Shown here: in pieces, positions 40,691 to 51,921 of the stretch
How the letters are laid out: each line of letters starts with the position of its first letter
How positions within the stretch are numbered: position 1 is the first letter of the stretch
Source: Bacteroidia bacterium
GTDB taxonomy: Bacteria; Bacteroidota; Bacteroidia; UKL13-3
Length of the DNA: 64,000 bases
Direction: 5' to 3'
Assembly: GCA_021740845.1 (NCBI GenBank)
Contig: JAIOYZ010000005.1
Location: forward strand, 3,693 to 67,692
Translations under genes and position numbers: made by a program
The notes under the pieces: generated by a model
What the model saw: only the letters and a program-made list of their open reading frames with translations
Database searches by the model: none
What the model was told of the DNA's origin: nothing

Positions 40691-41485
40691 TTAGTTACTA
40701 CGAGTATTCATGGCAGCAAGCATGTTACCATAAACACTGTTTAGTGAAGATAAATTCTTGTTCAATTTATCCATTTCACCTTTAAAATGCTCAGCATTTG
40801 TAGTTGATTCATTTAAAGTATTAACTACTTTAGATAATCCACCAACAAATTCATTAATAGATTTCAAGTGATTATTTGATTCTGAAATTTCTAATTCATA
40901 GATAGAATTCAATGAATTCAAATTCTTAGTCATTTTTTCAATTTGTGCACCGTATTCACGTGAACCTTCTGAAGCATTTACTAAACCTTCCATAGCACTT
41001 ACAGCTTTGGTATAAGTAGTATTAATACCTGTTAAAGAATCAGCAGCCGCTTGAACATTTTTAGTGTAAGCATCAGTTGCTACTGCAGCTGTTGATAGAT
41101 CTTTCATGCTAGTAACGTTTTCGCTTAATGTACGCATTCCGTTTCCTAAGCTACTAATCAAATCTGGACCAATTTTAGCCTCTTCCATCATTTTGTCCAA
41201 TTGTTGAGTTAAGGTACCCTTACTTACAGCTTTCTTTTCTTTTGGTTCAAGACCAGCTAATTCAGGATAAACTAATGACCAATCTGGTTCTTGATGAGGT
41301 GGTTCAAAAGCAGAAATAAAGAAAATAGCAGCCTCAGTTAACAAGCCCACCATCAACATCGCATCAGCACCTGGCCAGTGAAGAATTTTGAAAAGGGCAC
41401 CAATAATTACAACTGCAGCACCAATTCCATAAGCCTTTGCCATAAAAGACTTAAAGCCTTTACTTTCTAAAAAACTGTTTTTCAT
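40691..41485 (-). CDS. gldL: gliding motility / T9SS protein GldL (PorL)
   Basis: Two N-terminal TMs and a coiled-coil C-terminus. Operon position is consistent with GldL. Confidence 0.8.
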   Translation of the reverse strand: MKNSFLESKGFKSFMAKAYGIGAAVVIIGALFKILHWPGADAMLMVGLLTEAAIFFISAFEPPHQEPDWSLVYPELAGLEPKEKKAVSKGTLTQQLDKMMEEAKIGPDLISSLGNGMRTLSENVTSMKDLSTAAVATDAYTKNVQAAADSLTGINTTYTKAVSAMEGLVNASEGSREYGAQIEKMTKNLNSLNSIYELEISESNNHLKSINEFVGGLSKVVNTLNESTTNAEHFKGEMDKLNKNLSSLNSVYGNMLAAMNTRSN

Positions 41486-41505
41486 TCGATTAAATTTTAA
41501 AGTTT

Positions 41506-41548
41506 AGAATTTGTTTAGTTTGTTTGTTTGTTTGTTTTGTTTGTTTAT
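41506..41548. repeat. (GTTT)n / (CAAA)n microsatellite in the gldK-gldL intergenic spacer
   Basis: Sequence tttgtttagtttgtttgtttgtttgttttgtttgttt. Confidence 0.9.
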
Positions 41549-41554
41549 TCGATC

Positions 41555-42847
41555 TTATTTCTTGTCTCTATTAGATCTACCAATATAGCTCATGACTGTT
41601 CTAAATCCAGTGTATGAATTACAGCTATCTTGATATTCATAACTTCTACTACCATTTTGAATATAATGTGCAATATCTTTCCAACTTCCACCTCTTATTA
41701 CTTTACGTTTAAGAGTTTCTGCATCCTCATCTTTTGCATCATACTGGTAATCCGAATTCAAATCGTGTGAAAATAAATGTCCTGATTCTGCATAAGCTGT
41801 TATAGTCCACTCAGCAACATTTCCACTCATATCATATAAACCAAAGTCGTTAGGGAAATAAGAAGCCACACGAATAGGATAAACCCCACCATCTGCACCA
41901 TAATCACCTCTACCTGGTTTAAAGTTAGCTAACGAACAACCTTTTGCGTTTCTTACATAAGGACCACCCCAAGGATACATAGTTTGATCTCTTCCTGCAC
42001 GAGCTGCATATTCCCACTCATATTCTGTAGGGATACGGAAAGCTGTTACACCATTCTCTTCGTTTTCTGCATAGAATGAATTTAAATGGAAAGTTCTCCA
42101 ATGTGCAAAAGCTCTAGCTTGCTTCCAATTAACTCCTACTACAGGATAATCATCATATTTTGGATGCCAGTAGTACATTGTAGAAATAGGCTCATTGTAT
42201 GCATAAGTGAAATCACGCATAAATACCAAGGTATCTGGGTAAATTTCTACAATTTCTTCTTTTTTGAAATCGCCTCTATTTTTCAAATATGCATCTTGTT
42301 TATGCAATTGAGCTGCTGCTCTCAAGTCGATATAATCATACTTGTATTTCAATTTACGCACATCCAATTGCTTGGTGCGGTAGTAAATTTCATTACCTTG
42401 ATAGTACATATCATTGATTTCACCATTTTTCATGTCCTCAACTTCCATTCTAGAACGGTAATTGATTGCATGTTCGCCTGTTTCCTCTTCGGTAATTGGG
42501 TCGATAAGTGGAATCCAATACTTGTCACCAAGCTTCTCACGAAATATAGAGTCTGTGATTTCATCAACAAACTGTCTGTATTCGTTATTGGTAATTTCAG
42601 TTTCATCCATGTAGAAAGCTGTGATGGTGATTTGCTTGTTAGGCGCAATCATCTGATTAGGGATGTCCTGCTCATTTGCTCCAACGTGGATGGTACCTGA
42701 AGGGATGTATACGGTTCCGTAAGGCTGTGGATGAAACCAAGCACTTCTTTTACCTACTCCCACTAATTCCCCTTTGTCGCTACTCAAACCACAACTGGTT
42801 AAGATTGTAGCAAACGCGAAGAAGAAAAACCATTTAAATTGCTTCAT
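41555..42847 (-). CDS. gldK: gliding motility / T9SS lipoprotein GldK (PorK)
   Basis: Lipobox LTSC. Formylglycine-generating-enzyme (sulfatase-modifying) fold motifs, including GVNW and RGGSW. Confidence 0.85.
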   Translation of the reverse strand: MKQFKWFFFFAFATILTSCGLSSDKGELVGVGKRSAWFHPQPYGTVYIPSGTIHVGANEQDIPNQMIAPNKQITITAFYMDETEITNNEYRQFVDEITDSIFREKLGDKYWIPLIDPITEEETGEHAINYRSRMEVEDMKNGEINDMYYQGNEIYYRTKQLDVRKLKYKYDYIDLRAAAQLHKQDAYLKNRGDFKKEEIVEIYPDTLVFMRDFTYAYNEPISTMYYWHPKYDDYPVVGVNWKQARAFAHWRTFHLNSFYAENEENGVTAFRIPTEYEWEYAARAGRDQTMYPWGGPYVRNAKGCSLANFKPGRGDYGADGGVYPIRVASYFPNDFGLYDMSGNVAEWTITAYAESGHLFSHDLNSDYQYDAKDEDAETLKRKVIRGGSWKDIAHYIQNGSRSYEYQDSCNSYTGFRTVMSYIGRSNRDKK

Positions 42848-42957
42848 TTTTATGTTAAAAATTAATGACTGTAATGTGGCAAAAATATTAATTCCTGTGA
42901 ATTATACAAGTATCTATGATATTATTTTGTTAATAAAACGTAAAGTATTGAACATTA

Positions 42958-43959
42958 TTACATAAATCTTGGAGTTAATCTATAACGAACGATTGGTTCC
43001 TTTTTAGGAATTGTAATTCCAAAGCAATATCTCAATACTATTTCATGAGAACCAGAACTATAGTTTATAATTCTAGAAGTAGTTAAATCATAGCTATATC
43101 CAACATACAATGGAATTGATTGAAATTGATATCCTGCTAATAATACAGCTGCATCCATAGGTCGCCATGTTAATCCCCCAAATATATTACCATTCATTAT
43201 TAAATAACAGTTTAAATCTGTTTGGATTTTAGCAGGATCCTTTTTTACAATAATGTTTGGTTGTAAAGTCAAGGTTGAGTTTATATCATATTCACCGCCT
43301 GTCATGAAATACATGTGCATTGCGCTATTAATTTCTGAACTACCTCCATTCCATTCGTAAATAATTTTATTTTGATTGAGGTGAGTAGCAGAAAAACCAG
43401 CATAAAAATTATTAATAATTCCGGCCAAATTGTTTTTAGTATAATACAATCCAAAATCAAAATCCATGGCATTACCACTAACAGCGGATGGTGGAATTCT
43501 TGGATCATTTGGATCAATCGCTTTTAATTGGGTTCCATCCATACTTCTTTGCATATAGCCTAAACCAACACCACCTGCTAAAACTCCATCACCAATTTCT
43601 TGACGCCAAGACAAAGTTAATCTAGGCATAACCATAGTTTCAAAACCCAATTTATCAGAAACTATTGTACCTCCAATTCCAAGATGTTTGCCTACGGCTG
43701 CATTTATTGAACCAACTTGATTAGTTGGAGCATCACCTTGAGGCAAACCATTTACTATATCTCCTCCAAAACCCATCCATTGGGTACGGTATAACAAAGT
43801 AGCACAAATTTTACCATCTGTTGCACCAGCAAAACCTGCATTTAGGTTTAGCTTATTGTGCATCCATTGGCTATAGTGTGGATCCTGTTGTGCCCTTAAT
43901 TCATTGGCTATTCCAAGAATTGCAATGCTAAAGAAAAGACGTGTAAAAATTGACCTCAT
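42958..43959 (-). CDS. PorP/SprF family type IX secretion membrane protein
   Basis: Signature AQQDPHYSQWMHN after the signal peptide. Located upstream of gldK, as in porPKLMN. Confidence 0.75.
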   Translation of the reverse strand: MRSIFTRLFFSIAILGIANELRAQQDPHYSQWMHNKLNLNAGFAGATDGKICATLLYRTQWMGFGGDIVNGLPQGDAPTNQVGSINAAVGKHLGIGGTIVSDKLGFETMVMPRLTLSWRQEIGDGVLAGGVGLGYMQRSMDGTQLKAIDPNDPRIPPSAVSGNAMDFDFGLYYTKNNLAGIINNFYAGFSATHLNQNKIIYEWNGGSSEINSAMHMYFMTGGEYDINSTLTLQPNIIVKKDPAKIQTDLNCYLIMNGNIFGGLTWRPMDAAVLLAGYQFQSIPLYVGYSYDLTTSRIINYSSGSHEIVLRYCFGITIPKKEPIVRYRLTPRFM

Positions 43960-44074
43960 TCGTTTGTTTTAATTATTTACTTCTAAAAACGTAATTACGA
44001 ATATAGAAATTATATGAAAAAAAAACGAAGAATGTTGAAAATTAAGGAAAATTTTAGCGGAGTATACACTTTTT

Positions 44075-44830
44075 CTAGCCCTTATTATGGGCTTCGATAT
44101 GTTTATCTACTGCTGTAATCATAGAAGGTGTTTGTGGTGTAGGTGCTTGTACATTAACCACCAATCCCGCGTCTACCATAGCTTTGATGGTTGTTGCACC
44201 AAAACCAGCGATAAGAGTTTTGTTCTGTTTAAACTTAGGAAAGTTCTCGTAAAGTGATCGAATATCGGCAGGACTAAAAAAAGCGATGATATCGTAATTT
44301 ACATGAGTTAAATCAGATAAGTCAGCGGATTTTATCATGTAGAAAAATGCTTCTTTGTATTGAAACTTACTTTTCTTCATGAATTTTTCAATATCCTGCT
44401 TGCGCCAATCACTACATGGAAATAAATATTTCTCTGTTGGATGATTCTTAAACAATGGGAATAATTCCGATTCAGTTCCTTTACCAACAAAGATTTTCCG
44501 CTTTCTAACTTGGATATATTTTGCCAGGTAATTGGCAATACTTTCGTTTACACAAAAGTATTTCATATCAATTGGTATTTCAATTTTCAATTCACCAGCA
44601 ATTCTAAAAAAATTGTCGATTGAATTTCTTGAATTAAGAATAATAGCGGTATGATCGAGAATATTTACTTTTTGCTGTCTGAACTCTTTTCCAGATACAG
44701 GTTCCACTTGAATAAACGGACGGAAATCCATTTTCAATTTATATTTTTTCTCTAATTCATACCAAGGCGACTTTTCGCTTTCGGGTTTAGGCTGAGAAAT
44801 GAGGATACTCTTAATTTTTTCGTTTTTCAA
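44075..44830 (-). CDS. hemD: uroporphyrinogen-III synthase
   Basis: HemD-like two-lobe pattern. Length is 251 aa. Confidence 0.6.
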   Translation of the reverse strand: MKNEKIKSILISQPKPESEKSPWYELEKKYKLKMDFRPFIQVEPVSGKEFRQQKVNILDHTAIILNSRNSIDNFFRIAGELKIEIPIDMKYFCVNESIANYLAKYIQVRKRKIFVGKGTESELFPLFKNHPTEKYLFPCSDWRKQDIEKFMKKSKFQYKEAFFYMIKSADLSDLTHVNYDIIAFFSPADIRSLYENFPKFKQNKTLIAGFGATTIKAMVDAGLVVNVQAPTPQTPSMITAVDKHIEAHNKG

Positions 44831-44831
44831 T

Positions 44832-45764
44832 CTACCTACTATTTAAAAATAACTTAAACAATACCAACCAAGGCAGTATTTCGAGGCTGCAAAGATATAA
44901 AAATAAGTGTAAAAATTGAAACCGTCCCATTTGAGAGGTAAGAATTAGATTTTTAACTTGCCTAAAAATAACAGCTACAAATATGGTGATTAGGATGATA
45001 GCTGAAATTAACGTGTAAATTTCACCCTCAGAAACAAATACAAAAAACAGATTTAACAACACCAATCCAACCCCAAAAAGGTTGTTTACCATAAATGAAT
45101 TATATAAAACTGCCTTCGAAAACTTGCCCATTTTAAAAACAGAACCTATTAAAATTTGAATAACAATCTTAAAAAAATAAACTATTAAAATTATTAAAAT
45201 AACCTCCCAAAAAAGAAGCATAGAATTTCCCAGCTCAAAATGCTTACTTTCCAAATAAGTAGTTATGTATACCGAAACAGCGAAAACGTAATTTAAAAAT
45301 AAGCCTCCTACACTAACAAGATAATTACTTCCTTTTTCATTTAGAACTTGTAAATCTATTTGGGTATCAAAACCTCCTACCATTAACTCGTCAAAGCGTT
45401 TGATATGAATAAGTCTTACTAAGGCTAAAAACAAAATATTAAGTAAAACTAGCCAGAATTTCCACCTTGATTTCTCTGATTTTCTTAAATGAATAGCTTT
45501 TAACCTAGGTAAATCTCTTGAGCTTTCCTGGCTTTGAATGTTTATTAACCTATCTTTTATTTTTTCATGTAAAAAGAAGTAGGGACGAATTAATTCTGGT
45601 TGACCCAAACTATCTAATAAATTTTGAGGATTTGAAATTTTGAGAATTTTAATAGAATCAGATTGAATTGAATCAGTTTGGATATTAGGTACAAGCATAT
45701 TTTGGGCAATTATTTTGCCTCCTAAAAAAACTATCATACCTAATAATCCTATCAGCTTTCGCAT
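44832..45764 (-). CDS. DUF4271-like integral membrane protein
   Basis: Multi-TM. Start abuts the hemD stop. Confidence 0.45.
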   Translation of the reverse strand: MRKLIGLLGMIVFLGGKIIAQNMLVPNIQTDSIQSDSIKILKISNPQNLLDSLGQPELIRPYFFLHEKIKDRLINIQSQESSRDLPRLKAIHLRKSEKSRWKFWLVLLNILFLALVRLIHIKRFDELMVGGFDTQIDLQVLNEKGSNYLVSVGGLFLNYVFAVSVYITTYLESKHFELGNSMLLFWEVILIILIVYFFKIVIQILIGSVFKMGKFSKAVLYNSFMVNNLFGVGLVLLNLFFVFVSEGEIYTLISAIILITIFVAVIFRQVKNLILTSQMGRFQFLHLFLYLCSLEILPWLVLFKLFLNSR

Positions 45765-45769
45765 TTTTA

Positions 45770-47539
45770 TTAAAAATAATTTATCAAGCCAAAATGAATT
45801 TTTGCCTGGTTGAATTCAAAGGGATTATTTTTTTGCTTTCCCATTGCGTAATACAAAGAGAAAATTCCAGCACCTGTTTCTAGGTTCAAACCAATACCAA
45901 CACCCCATGGCCGATCTGAAATTATTGGGTTTTGAGCTTGATTTTGATACCAAGCGCCATTCCAAAAAACCAAGAAATTAGAATTGGTTTGAAGTAAATA
46001 GCGCAGCTCTATATTTCCAATAAAATACTGAGAAGCAAAAATACTTTGTTCATCAAATCCGCGTAATGTTTTTAATCCACCGATGCGGAAAAGTTCATTG
46101 ACGAATAAATTATCATTTGCAATAATAGCTGCCTTTACTTGTGTTAACAACACAAATTGCTTATATAATTTAGTGAACACCGCAGCGTCTATCTTAAATT
46201 TATATTGTAAACTCGATAACTTTAAAGAATCATAAATACCAAATGAATTTCCACTGCCATCAGAAATTTGAATATTCTCAAATGTGGAATTCTTAATTAT
46301 TCTCTTTGTTCCTGCTCCACCTTCCATTTCTAAAACATACCCTTTACTTGGGTTACTAAAGTAATTTAAAGTGGATTTTCTGAAAGCCAAACCAAAAAGA
46401 TCATTCTTTACATCATGAGTATTTGGAAGTTTTTTTTGATTTTTAATAAAATTGGTATCTGCTGTAAGCAATGAAATATTTTGGTATTGGTAAAATACTT
46501 TTAGGTAGTTATTTCCCATAAAACGGTATTGCAAGCCAATATCATTAACTAACTCCAGCCATGATGAATCAAATTTTAATAACTTAAATGAATAATCTAC
46601 TCCCAATTTTGATTGTAGAAAATATGGCCACATAAATTTGAATTGCAAATCTTGTGAATTATTGAGATAGCCTCTATAAGCCAATTCTAAGTTTTTACCT
46701 GAACCGACAATATTTTGAAGTTTTAAATTTAAATCTCCTGTAATAACCAATTTGTTATTTACTTCGCTATTGGGTGCAAATCCAATTACTCCATCAAAAC
46801 TAGAGGCTTTTCTATTATTGATATAAACATAAGGTTTGGCCTTATTGCCATAAAAATATACTCCCAAAGGGCGAATTACTTGCACATAGGGTAGTTCGCT
46901 TAATCGTGAATCTAAGTTTTTTAATAAAGATTCATCATAAATGGTGGTTGGTTTAATTCCCGAATAATTCTTTAGAAATACTTTGCTCATTTTGGCATCG
47001 CCTCCAAAATCTATGGAATCAAAATAGGTAAGTTCATTTTTTTGAAGGAATAATGAAGCCTCTACACCTTGAGTATCCACTTCTATAGAATCTAAAAAAA
47101 TAGATGCAAAGGGAAACCCATTATTTTCGGCATAAGTAATAATTTTATATATTTCTGAACCAAGCAATTTGGAATTAAATTTATTTCCTTGGAGCTTCCC
47201 TCCTCTCCAACCCGAGGCAGATAGCCATTCAATGGGCACATTTCCTTGTCTTATTTCTTTTATTAAATAAGACTTACCCAAATCAATTGTAACCAAACAG
47301 GTATCTGCTTTCCAAACAATAGAGGATGTTTTGGCTGTTAAGTATGATTTTACCTGACATTGAAGTACTAATTCCTGAATTCTTTTATTAATAAAAATTG
47401 AGTCTAATCTTTCAGGCTCGTTATAATTTTTTGTCAGTTCTGTATTTTTTGGTTCAAACCGAAATTTTAAAATAGAATTTGGCTGTGCATTAAGAATGAC
47501 AGTAACTAAAATGGCCCATATAGTAATTGCGTTTTTCAA
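45770..47539 (-). CDS. Omp85 (BamA/TamA-like) family outer membrane protein
   Basis: Signal peptide. C-terminal beta-barrel motif RPWGVGIGLNLETGAGIFSLYYAMG ending in F. Confidence 0.5.
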   Translation of the reverse strand: MKNAITIWAILVTVILNAQPNSILKFRFEPKNTELTKNYNEPERLDSIFINKRIQELVLQCQVKSYLTAKTSSIVWKADTCLVTIDLGKSYLIKEIRQGNVPIEWLSASGWRGGKLQGNKFNSKLLGSEIYKIITYAENNGFPFASIFLDSIEVDTQGVEASLFLQKNELTYFDSIDFGGDAKMSKVFLKNYSGIKPTTIYDESLLKNLDSRLSELPYVQVIRPLGVYFYGNKAKPYVYINNRKASSFDGVIGFAPNSEVNNKLVITGDLNLKLQNIVGSGKNLELAYRGYLNNSQDLQFKFMWPYFLQSKLGVDYSFKLLKFDSSWLELVNDIGLQYRFMGNNYLKVFYQYQNISLLTADTNFIKNQKKLPNTHDVKNDLFGLAFRKSTLNYFSNPSKGYVLEMEGGAGTKRIIKNSTFENIQISDGSGNSFGIYDSLKLSSLQYKFKIDAAVFTKLYKQFVLLTQVKAAIIANDNLFVNELFRIGGLKTLRGFDEQSIFASQYFIGNIELRYLLQTNSNFLVFWNGAWYQNQAQNPIISDRPWGVGIGLNLETGAGIFSLYYAMGKQKNNPFEFNQAKIHFGLINYF

Positions 47540-47597
47540 TAATTAGAGAAACGTTTTGGAAAGCCATAACATTGCAAACTTATTTTGTAAACTAAAC

Positions 47598-48728
47598 ATG
47601 GCAGGTATTTATATTCATATTCCATTTTGTAAGCAAGCTTGCAATTATTGTAATTTCCATTTTAGTACTGTACTTTCTTACAAAGAAAAGCTTGTTGAAA
47701 CAATTGCAAAAGAACTTTTTTTGCGCAAAAATGAATTGAGGTCTGAACCGATAGAAACAATTTATTTTGGTGGAGGCACTCCAAGTTTATTGAATCCAAA
47801 AGAATTGGATCTTATTATTGATACCATTTACAAGCATTACGATATTTCTGGTCTTAAGGAGTTTACTTTAGAGGCAAACCCAGATGATATGAAACCAGAA
47901 TGGCTTCAAAATCTTAAGGGAACACCGGTAAATAGGCTGAGTATTGGGGTGCAGAGTTTTGAGGATGAGCATTTAAAATTAATGAATCGAGCACATTTGG
48001 CCAATGAAGCTTTAACATGTATTGAGGCTGCAAGGAATAATGGAATTGAACAAATAAGCATTGATTTGATTTACGGAATACCTGGGATGAGTTTAAAAAC
48101 TTGGGAGAAGAACATTCAAAAAGCCTTGGATTTGAATGTGGAGCACATTTCTAGTTATTGTTTAACCATAGAGCCAAAAACCGTTTTTGGGCATCAGCAA
48201 AGAAATAGTTTATTGAGATTGCCTTGCGAAGAGGATATTGAAAAACAATTTTTCACCCTTTTAGAAAAAACGGGAGAAGCTGGTTTCGACCATTATGAAA
48301 TTTCAAATTTTGCTAAAAAGGATTTTTATGCACTGCATAATACTAATTATTGGAAAGGCAAATCCTATTTAGGAATTGGCCCAGGTGCACATAGTTATTT
48401 CCCAGGAATTAGGCAATGGAATGTGGCAAATAATCAGAAATATATTCAAGAATTAAGTTTAGGTAATTTGGTTTATGAGCAAGAGAAATTGAGCAAAAAC
48501 GACCAATTTAACGAATATGTAATGACTGGTTTAAGAACCAAGTGGGGAATAAATTTAACGGAAATTGAAAATCAATTTGGCCAAAAATATATTGATAGTT
48601 TAAGGAAGGATTTAGCACCTTATCTTGAAAACAAAAAAGTTAAAATTGAGGGTCAATATTTAATACTTACTCCATCAGGTAAATTTTTGGCAGATGGCAT
48701 TGCATCTGCTGCCTTTGTAATTGATTAA
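47598..48728 (+). CDS. hemW: radical SAM heme chaperone HemW (HemN-like)
   Basis: CKQACNYCNF radical-SAM cluster motif. Start taken at MAGIYIHIPFC. The open frame extends up to 47556. Confidence 0.8.
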   Translation: MAGIYIHIPFCKQACNYCNFHFSTVLSYKEKLVETIAKELFLRKNELRSEPIETIYFGGGTPSLLNPKELDLIIDTIYKHYDISGLKEFTLEANPDDMKPEWLQNLKGTPVNRLSIGVQSFEDEHLKLMNRAHLANEALTCIEAARNNGIEQISIDLIYGIPGMSLKTWEKNIQKALDLNVEHISSYCLTIEPKTVFGHQQRNSLLRLPCEEDIEKQFFTLLEKTGEAGFDHYEISNFAKKDFYALHNTNYWKGKSYLGIGPGAHSYFPGIRQWNVANNQKYIQELSLGNLVYEQEKLSKNDQFNEYVMTGLRTKWGINLTEIENQFGQKYIDSLRKDLAPYLENKKVKIEGQYLILTPSGKFLADGIASAAFVID

Positions 48729-49625
48729 TTATGGTTTGACCCTAATGCTTTGAGTAATTTCTACCTTATCTTCCGCTAAAGATTTAAGTAAAACTACAAA
48801 TTTATTATCGCTACTAAGTCCCAAGCGATTGATTCCATTTTCATATTTTTCTTGGTAAACAACCATACCTAAAGAATCTAAAATCAATAATGCAGATTGC
48901 CCTTGTATAGCGGGCGACAATGCCAAAACATTTACTTGTTTAAAGGTAGAATTGCCAATTAAATAAACTTGTTCTATTGGTGCAATTGGTATGTTATGCG
49001 AAAATGTAAATCCATTCTTTTGGTTCATAAATAACAATCTTTTTGAGGAATGAAAATCAACCAAAATAGAATCGAAAAGTTGAGATGGAATAGCAGGCAA
49101 TATGGGTTCTTTGATATTAAAATCGCCCACTTCAAAATTATTAATATTTATACTTTTTTCTTTGGGTGCTGTATTTATTGAACCTAAAGCGAGATTCATT
49201 GTTTCTCTGAGCGGTTTAATTAACAAAACAAATAAGAGAGTTGGGGCAATTATTATTAAGCTAATGTTCATTAATTTAAAAGCATATTGAGCAGCTACTT
49301 TTATTCCTCCATAATATATCATCCAACCTACCAAAGCGCCAATTGCAGCGCTAATTAATGCCAGCGGGAAAAACCAAATAAAGGAAAAGTATAGGTCATT
49401 AGGTAACCTAAAAAACGAATCCATGGCATTCAATACCAAATAGGAAAAGGTAGAAATAGCATAAAAAACGAAGGCATAAAAGAAAATTCCATAAGCTTTT
49501 AAGGTTCCTTTTTTTTGAAACTTCACCTTAATTATGAAGAAGAAGAATACAGTTGAGAGCAAGGAGATGCTCAACCAAATTGCATCTATTTCTTGTAGTA
49601 TTGGCCAAAGGAATTCGAAATGCAT
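48729..49625 (-). CDS. hypothetical membrane protein
   Basis: Four N-terminal TMs. Start overlaps the stop of the M23 peptidase gene. Confidence 0.4.
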   Translation of the reverse strand: MHFEFLWPILQEIDAIWLSISLLSTVFFFFIIKVKFQKKGTLKAYGIFFYAFVFYAISTFSYLVLNAMDSFFRLPNDLYFSFIWFFPLALISAAIGALVGWMIYYGGIKVAAQYAFKLMNISLIIIAPTLLFVLLIKPLRETMNLALGSINTAPKEKSININNFEVGDFNIKEPILPAIPSQLFDSILVDFHSSKRLLFMNQKNGFTFSHNIPIAPIEQVYLIGNSTFKQVNVLALSPAIQGQSALLILDSLGMVVYQEKYENGINRLGLSSDNKFVVLLKSLAEDKVEITQSIRVKP

Positions 49626-50710
49626 TAGTTTGATTTAAATTTATCGTTTCTAATAAGAAAATCATTCTCAACTGATTGCCACCCAAAATATCTTTTTCTT
49701 TCCATTTTCTTGAACCTAAAAGGCAATCCTTGGGCTAAGGTATCATTTATTGTTGGCAAATTTTGGATGTGCATATGTAGGTGAGGAAAGCTGGTATTAC
49801 CAGAATTACCAGCTATTGCAAGTAATTGTCCGGTTTGAACCGAATCTCCAATATTTACTTTAATGCTACCTTTTTGCAAATGAGCCAAAAACAAGAATTT
49901 ATTTACACCTATTTCAATTACCAAAAGGTTACCACCTGGGTGAATAGTATCCTCTCCATGCATTACTTTTTGATTTTCAAAGCCATCCTCTAAGGAATAA
50001 ATTCTACCATTTGTTGGGGCAAAAACCCTTTCACCAAAGGTAAAAAAATCAGTCGTATCCGTTCCATCGTTTTGAAAGAAATCACCCTCCTGATTTAATT
50101 TCACCAAGTCTATTGCATAAAGTTGTGGAGGATAATTGCAATGGTAATTAATCCATTTAGCAGCGCCTGAGTGCATCGCTAAATAATCTCCTTTTACAGG
50201 TAGTTCCAGCAATTCGGAGTCATCTACACTAGGATATTGGAAGGTGCCAGGAACTATGGCAGCTGCTAAAATAAACGAGGTTGTACAAAATACCGCCAAG
50301 AGAAAGAAAAACATCCTTTTAATAAATTGCTGAATCAAAGATTCGGAAACGGTAAAAGATAAAATTAGCTCTTGAATAGTAATAAAATATAGAACAAAAA
50401 TCAAGGCATTTTGGGGCAATTTGGGGGCTACGTTTCTATATTGGGCCACATTCAAAAACCAGACAGGTAGATCAAAAAGGAAGAAAACAAGTCCTATTGC
50501 AAACACCGCTTTCATGGCAATAACAAACCATTCGGGCCCAATATTAAAAATCCATTTTCTGGTATTTCTATTTTTAATAACTAGGTAGGTTCGAACCAAA
50601 CCCAAAATAAGAAATGATGCTGTTGCAATCCACAAACCCTCTGAATAGGTTTGTCCAAATTGTCTAAAATTTTCTTCCATATATCTATTATTCGAAACGT
50701 AAAGCCTCAA
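49625..50710 (-). CDS. membrane-anchored M23 (LytM-type) peptidase
   Basis: Multi-TM N-terminus. C-terminal HxH metal motif in [16 protein letters not shown]. Confidence 0.7.
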   Translation of the reverse strand: MRLYVSNNRYMEENFRQFGQTYSEGLWIATASFLILGLVRTYLVIKNRNTRKWIFNIGPEWFVIAMKAVFAIGLVFFLFDLPVWFLNVAQYRNVAPKLPQNALIFVLYFITIQELILSFTVSESLIQQFIKRMFFFLLAVFCTTSFILAAAIVPGTFQYPSVDDSELLELPVKGDYLAMHSGAAKWINYHCNYPPQLYAIDLVKLNQEGDFFQNDGTDTTDFFTFGERVFAPTNGRIYSLEDGFENQKVMHGEDTIHPGGNLLVIEIGVNKFLFLAHLQKGSIKVNIGDSVQTGQLLAIAGNSGNTSFPHLHMHIQNLPTINDTLAQGLPFRFKKMERKRYFGWQSVENDFLIRNDKFKSN

Positions 50711-51920
50711 TAGGGTCTAATTTACTAGCTTTTATTGCAGGATAAATCCCACTAATTAGTCCAACCACAACACATAAAGTTATTCCACTAAAAATCCATA
50801 ACCAAGGAATAATGAAACCAACACCTACAAAAAATGTAACCAAGTTACCAATACCGATGCCTAAAATAATTCCTCCCAAACCACCAATTTGGCAAATTAC
50901 AATTGCCTCAAATAAGAATTGACTTCGAATTGCTTTTTGAGTTGCACCAATTGCTTTTCTGATTCCAATTTCTCGAGTTCTTTCAGAAACAGAAACAAGC
51001 ATAATATTCATTAAACCAATTGCGGCGCCTAAGAGAGTAATAAAACCAATTACTGTGGCAGCTGCAGTAACATAACTTAGGTTGCTAATCATTTCCTTGG
51101 CTATGTTATCGGCTTTATAAATATTAAAATTTTCTGTTCCTCTTACTGGAATTTTCCTGATTTTTCTAAACAAACTTGTTGCCTCTTCCACAGCAAAATC
51201 GATGGTAGAAACATCTTTTACCGCAACCGTAATAACACTGCTCATATTGGGCATTGAAAAGGTTTGATAAGCATTTTGAATGGGTACAATTACCAGTCTA
51301 TCACCTCCAAAACCCATACTAGAACCTTTTGAATTTAGTGTGCCAATTACCCGAAACTTAGCACCTCCAATAAACATATACTCACCTATTGGGTTCCTAG
51401 TTTTAAATAATTTTGTTTTAACCTCAGACCCAATTAAGACGACGCTACTAGCAGAAATCTGTTCCTTTTCTGAGAAATTTCGGCCTTGGTTAATTTCATA
51501 TCCAGCTACAGATAAATAATTTACATCGCCACCCATTACCATAACATTTGGGTCGGACTTAACATTCTCAAATTTTACGGTGCTAGCAAAACTTGCATTA
51601 ACTGAAAGAGAAACTGTACTTGGGAATTTAAAATCTTCCGCAAAGGCATCTGCTTCGGCTTTTGTAATTGGCCGAAATTTTTGCATGCCTTTATTTCCAC
51701 CCGAAAATTTTACACTTTGACCTCTATTTTTAATATTAAAGGTATTGGCACCCATATTAGAAAAGGAGTTGTTGATACCCGCTTTTATTCCATCTATAGC
51801 AGTAAGAATTCCTACCAATGCCATAATTCCAATAGAAATAATGAGGGCAGTAATAGTTGCCCTGAGCCTATTTCCGCGAATGGAACTGAGTGCTATTTTT
51901 AGGTTATCGTTAAAGGTCAT
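50688..51920 (-). CDS. MacB/FtsX-family ABC transporter permease (no adjacent ATPase)
   Basis: N-terminal TM, about 200 aa periplasmic domain, FtsX-domain TMs. Length is 410 aa. Confidence 0.75.
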   Translation of the reverse strand: MTFNDNLKIALSSIRGNRLRATITALIISIGIMALVGILTAIDGIKAGINNSFSNMGANTFNIKNRGQSVKFSGGNKGMQKFRPITKAEADAFAEDFKFPSTVSLSVNASFASTVKFENVKSDPNVMVMGGDVNYLSVAGYEINQGRNFSEKEQISASSVVLIGSEVKTKLFKTRNPIGEYMFIGGAKFRVIGTLNSKGSSMGFGGDRLVIVPIQNAYQTFSMPNMSSVITVAVKDVSTIDFAVEEATSLFRKIRKIPVRGTENFNIYKADNIAKEMISNLSYVTAAATVIGFITLLGAAIGLMNIMLVSVSERTREIGIRKAIGATQKAIRSQFLFEAIVICQIGGLGGIILGIGIGNLVTFFVGVGFIIPWLWIFSGITLCVVVGLISGIYPAIKASKLDPIEALRFE

Positions 51921-51921
51921 T

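Noticed and set aside
42086-42700. 204-aa plus-strand ORF
   Set aside because: It is antisense within gldK, which has strong family signatures. It is hydrophobic and low-complexity.
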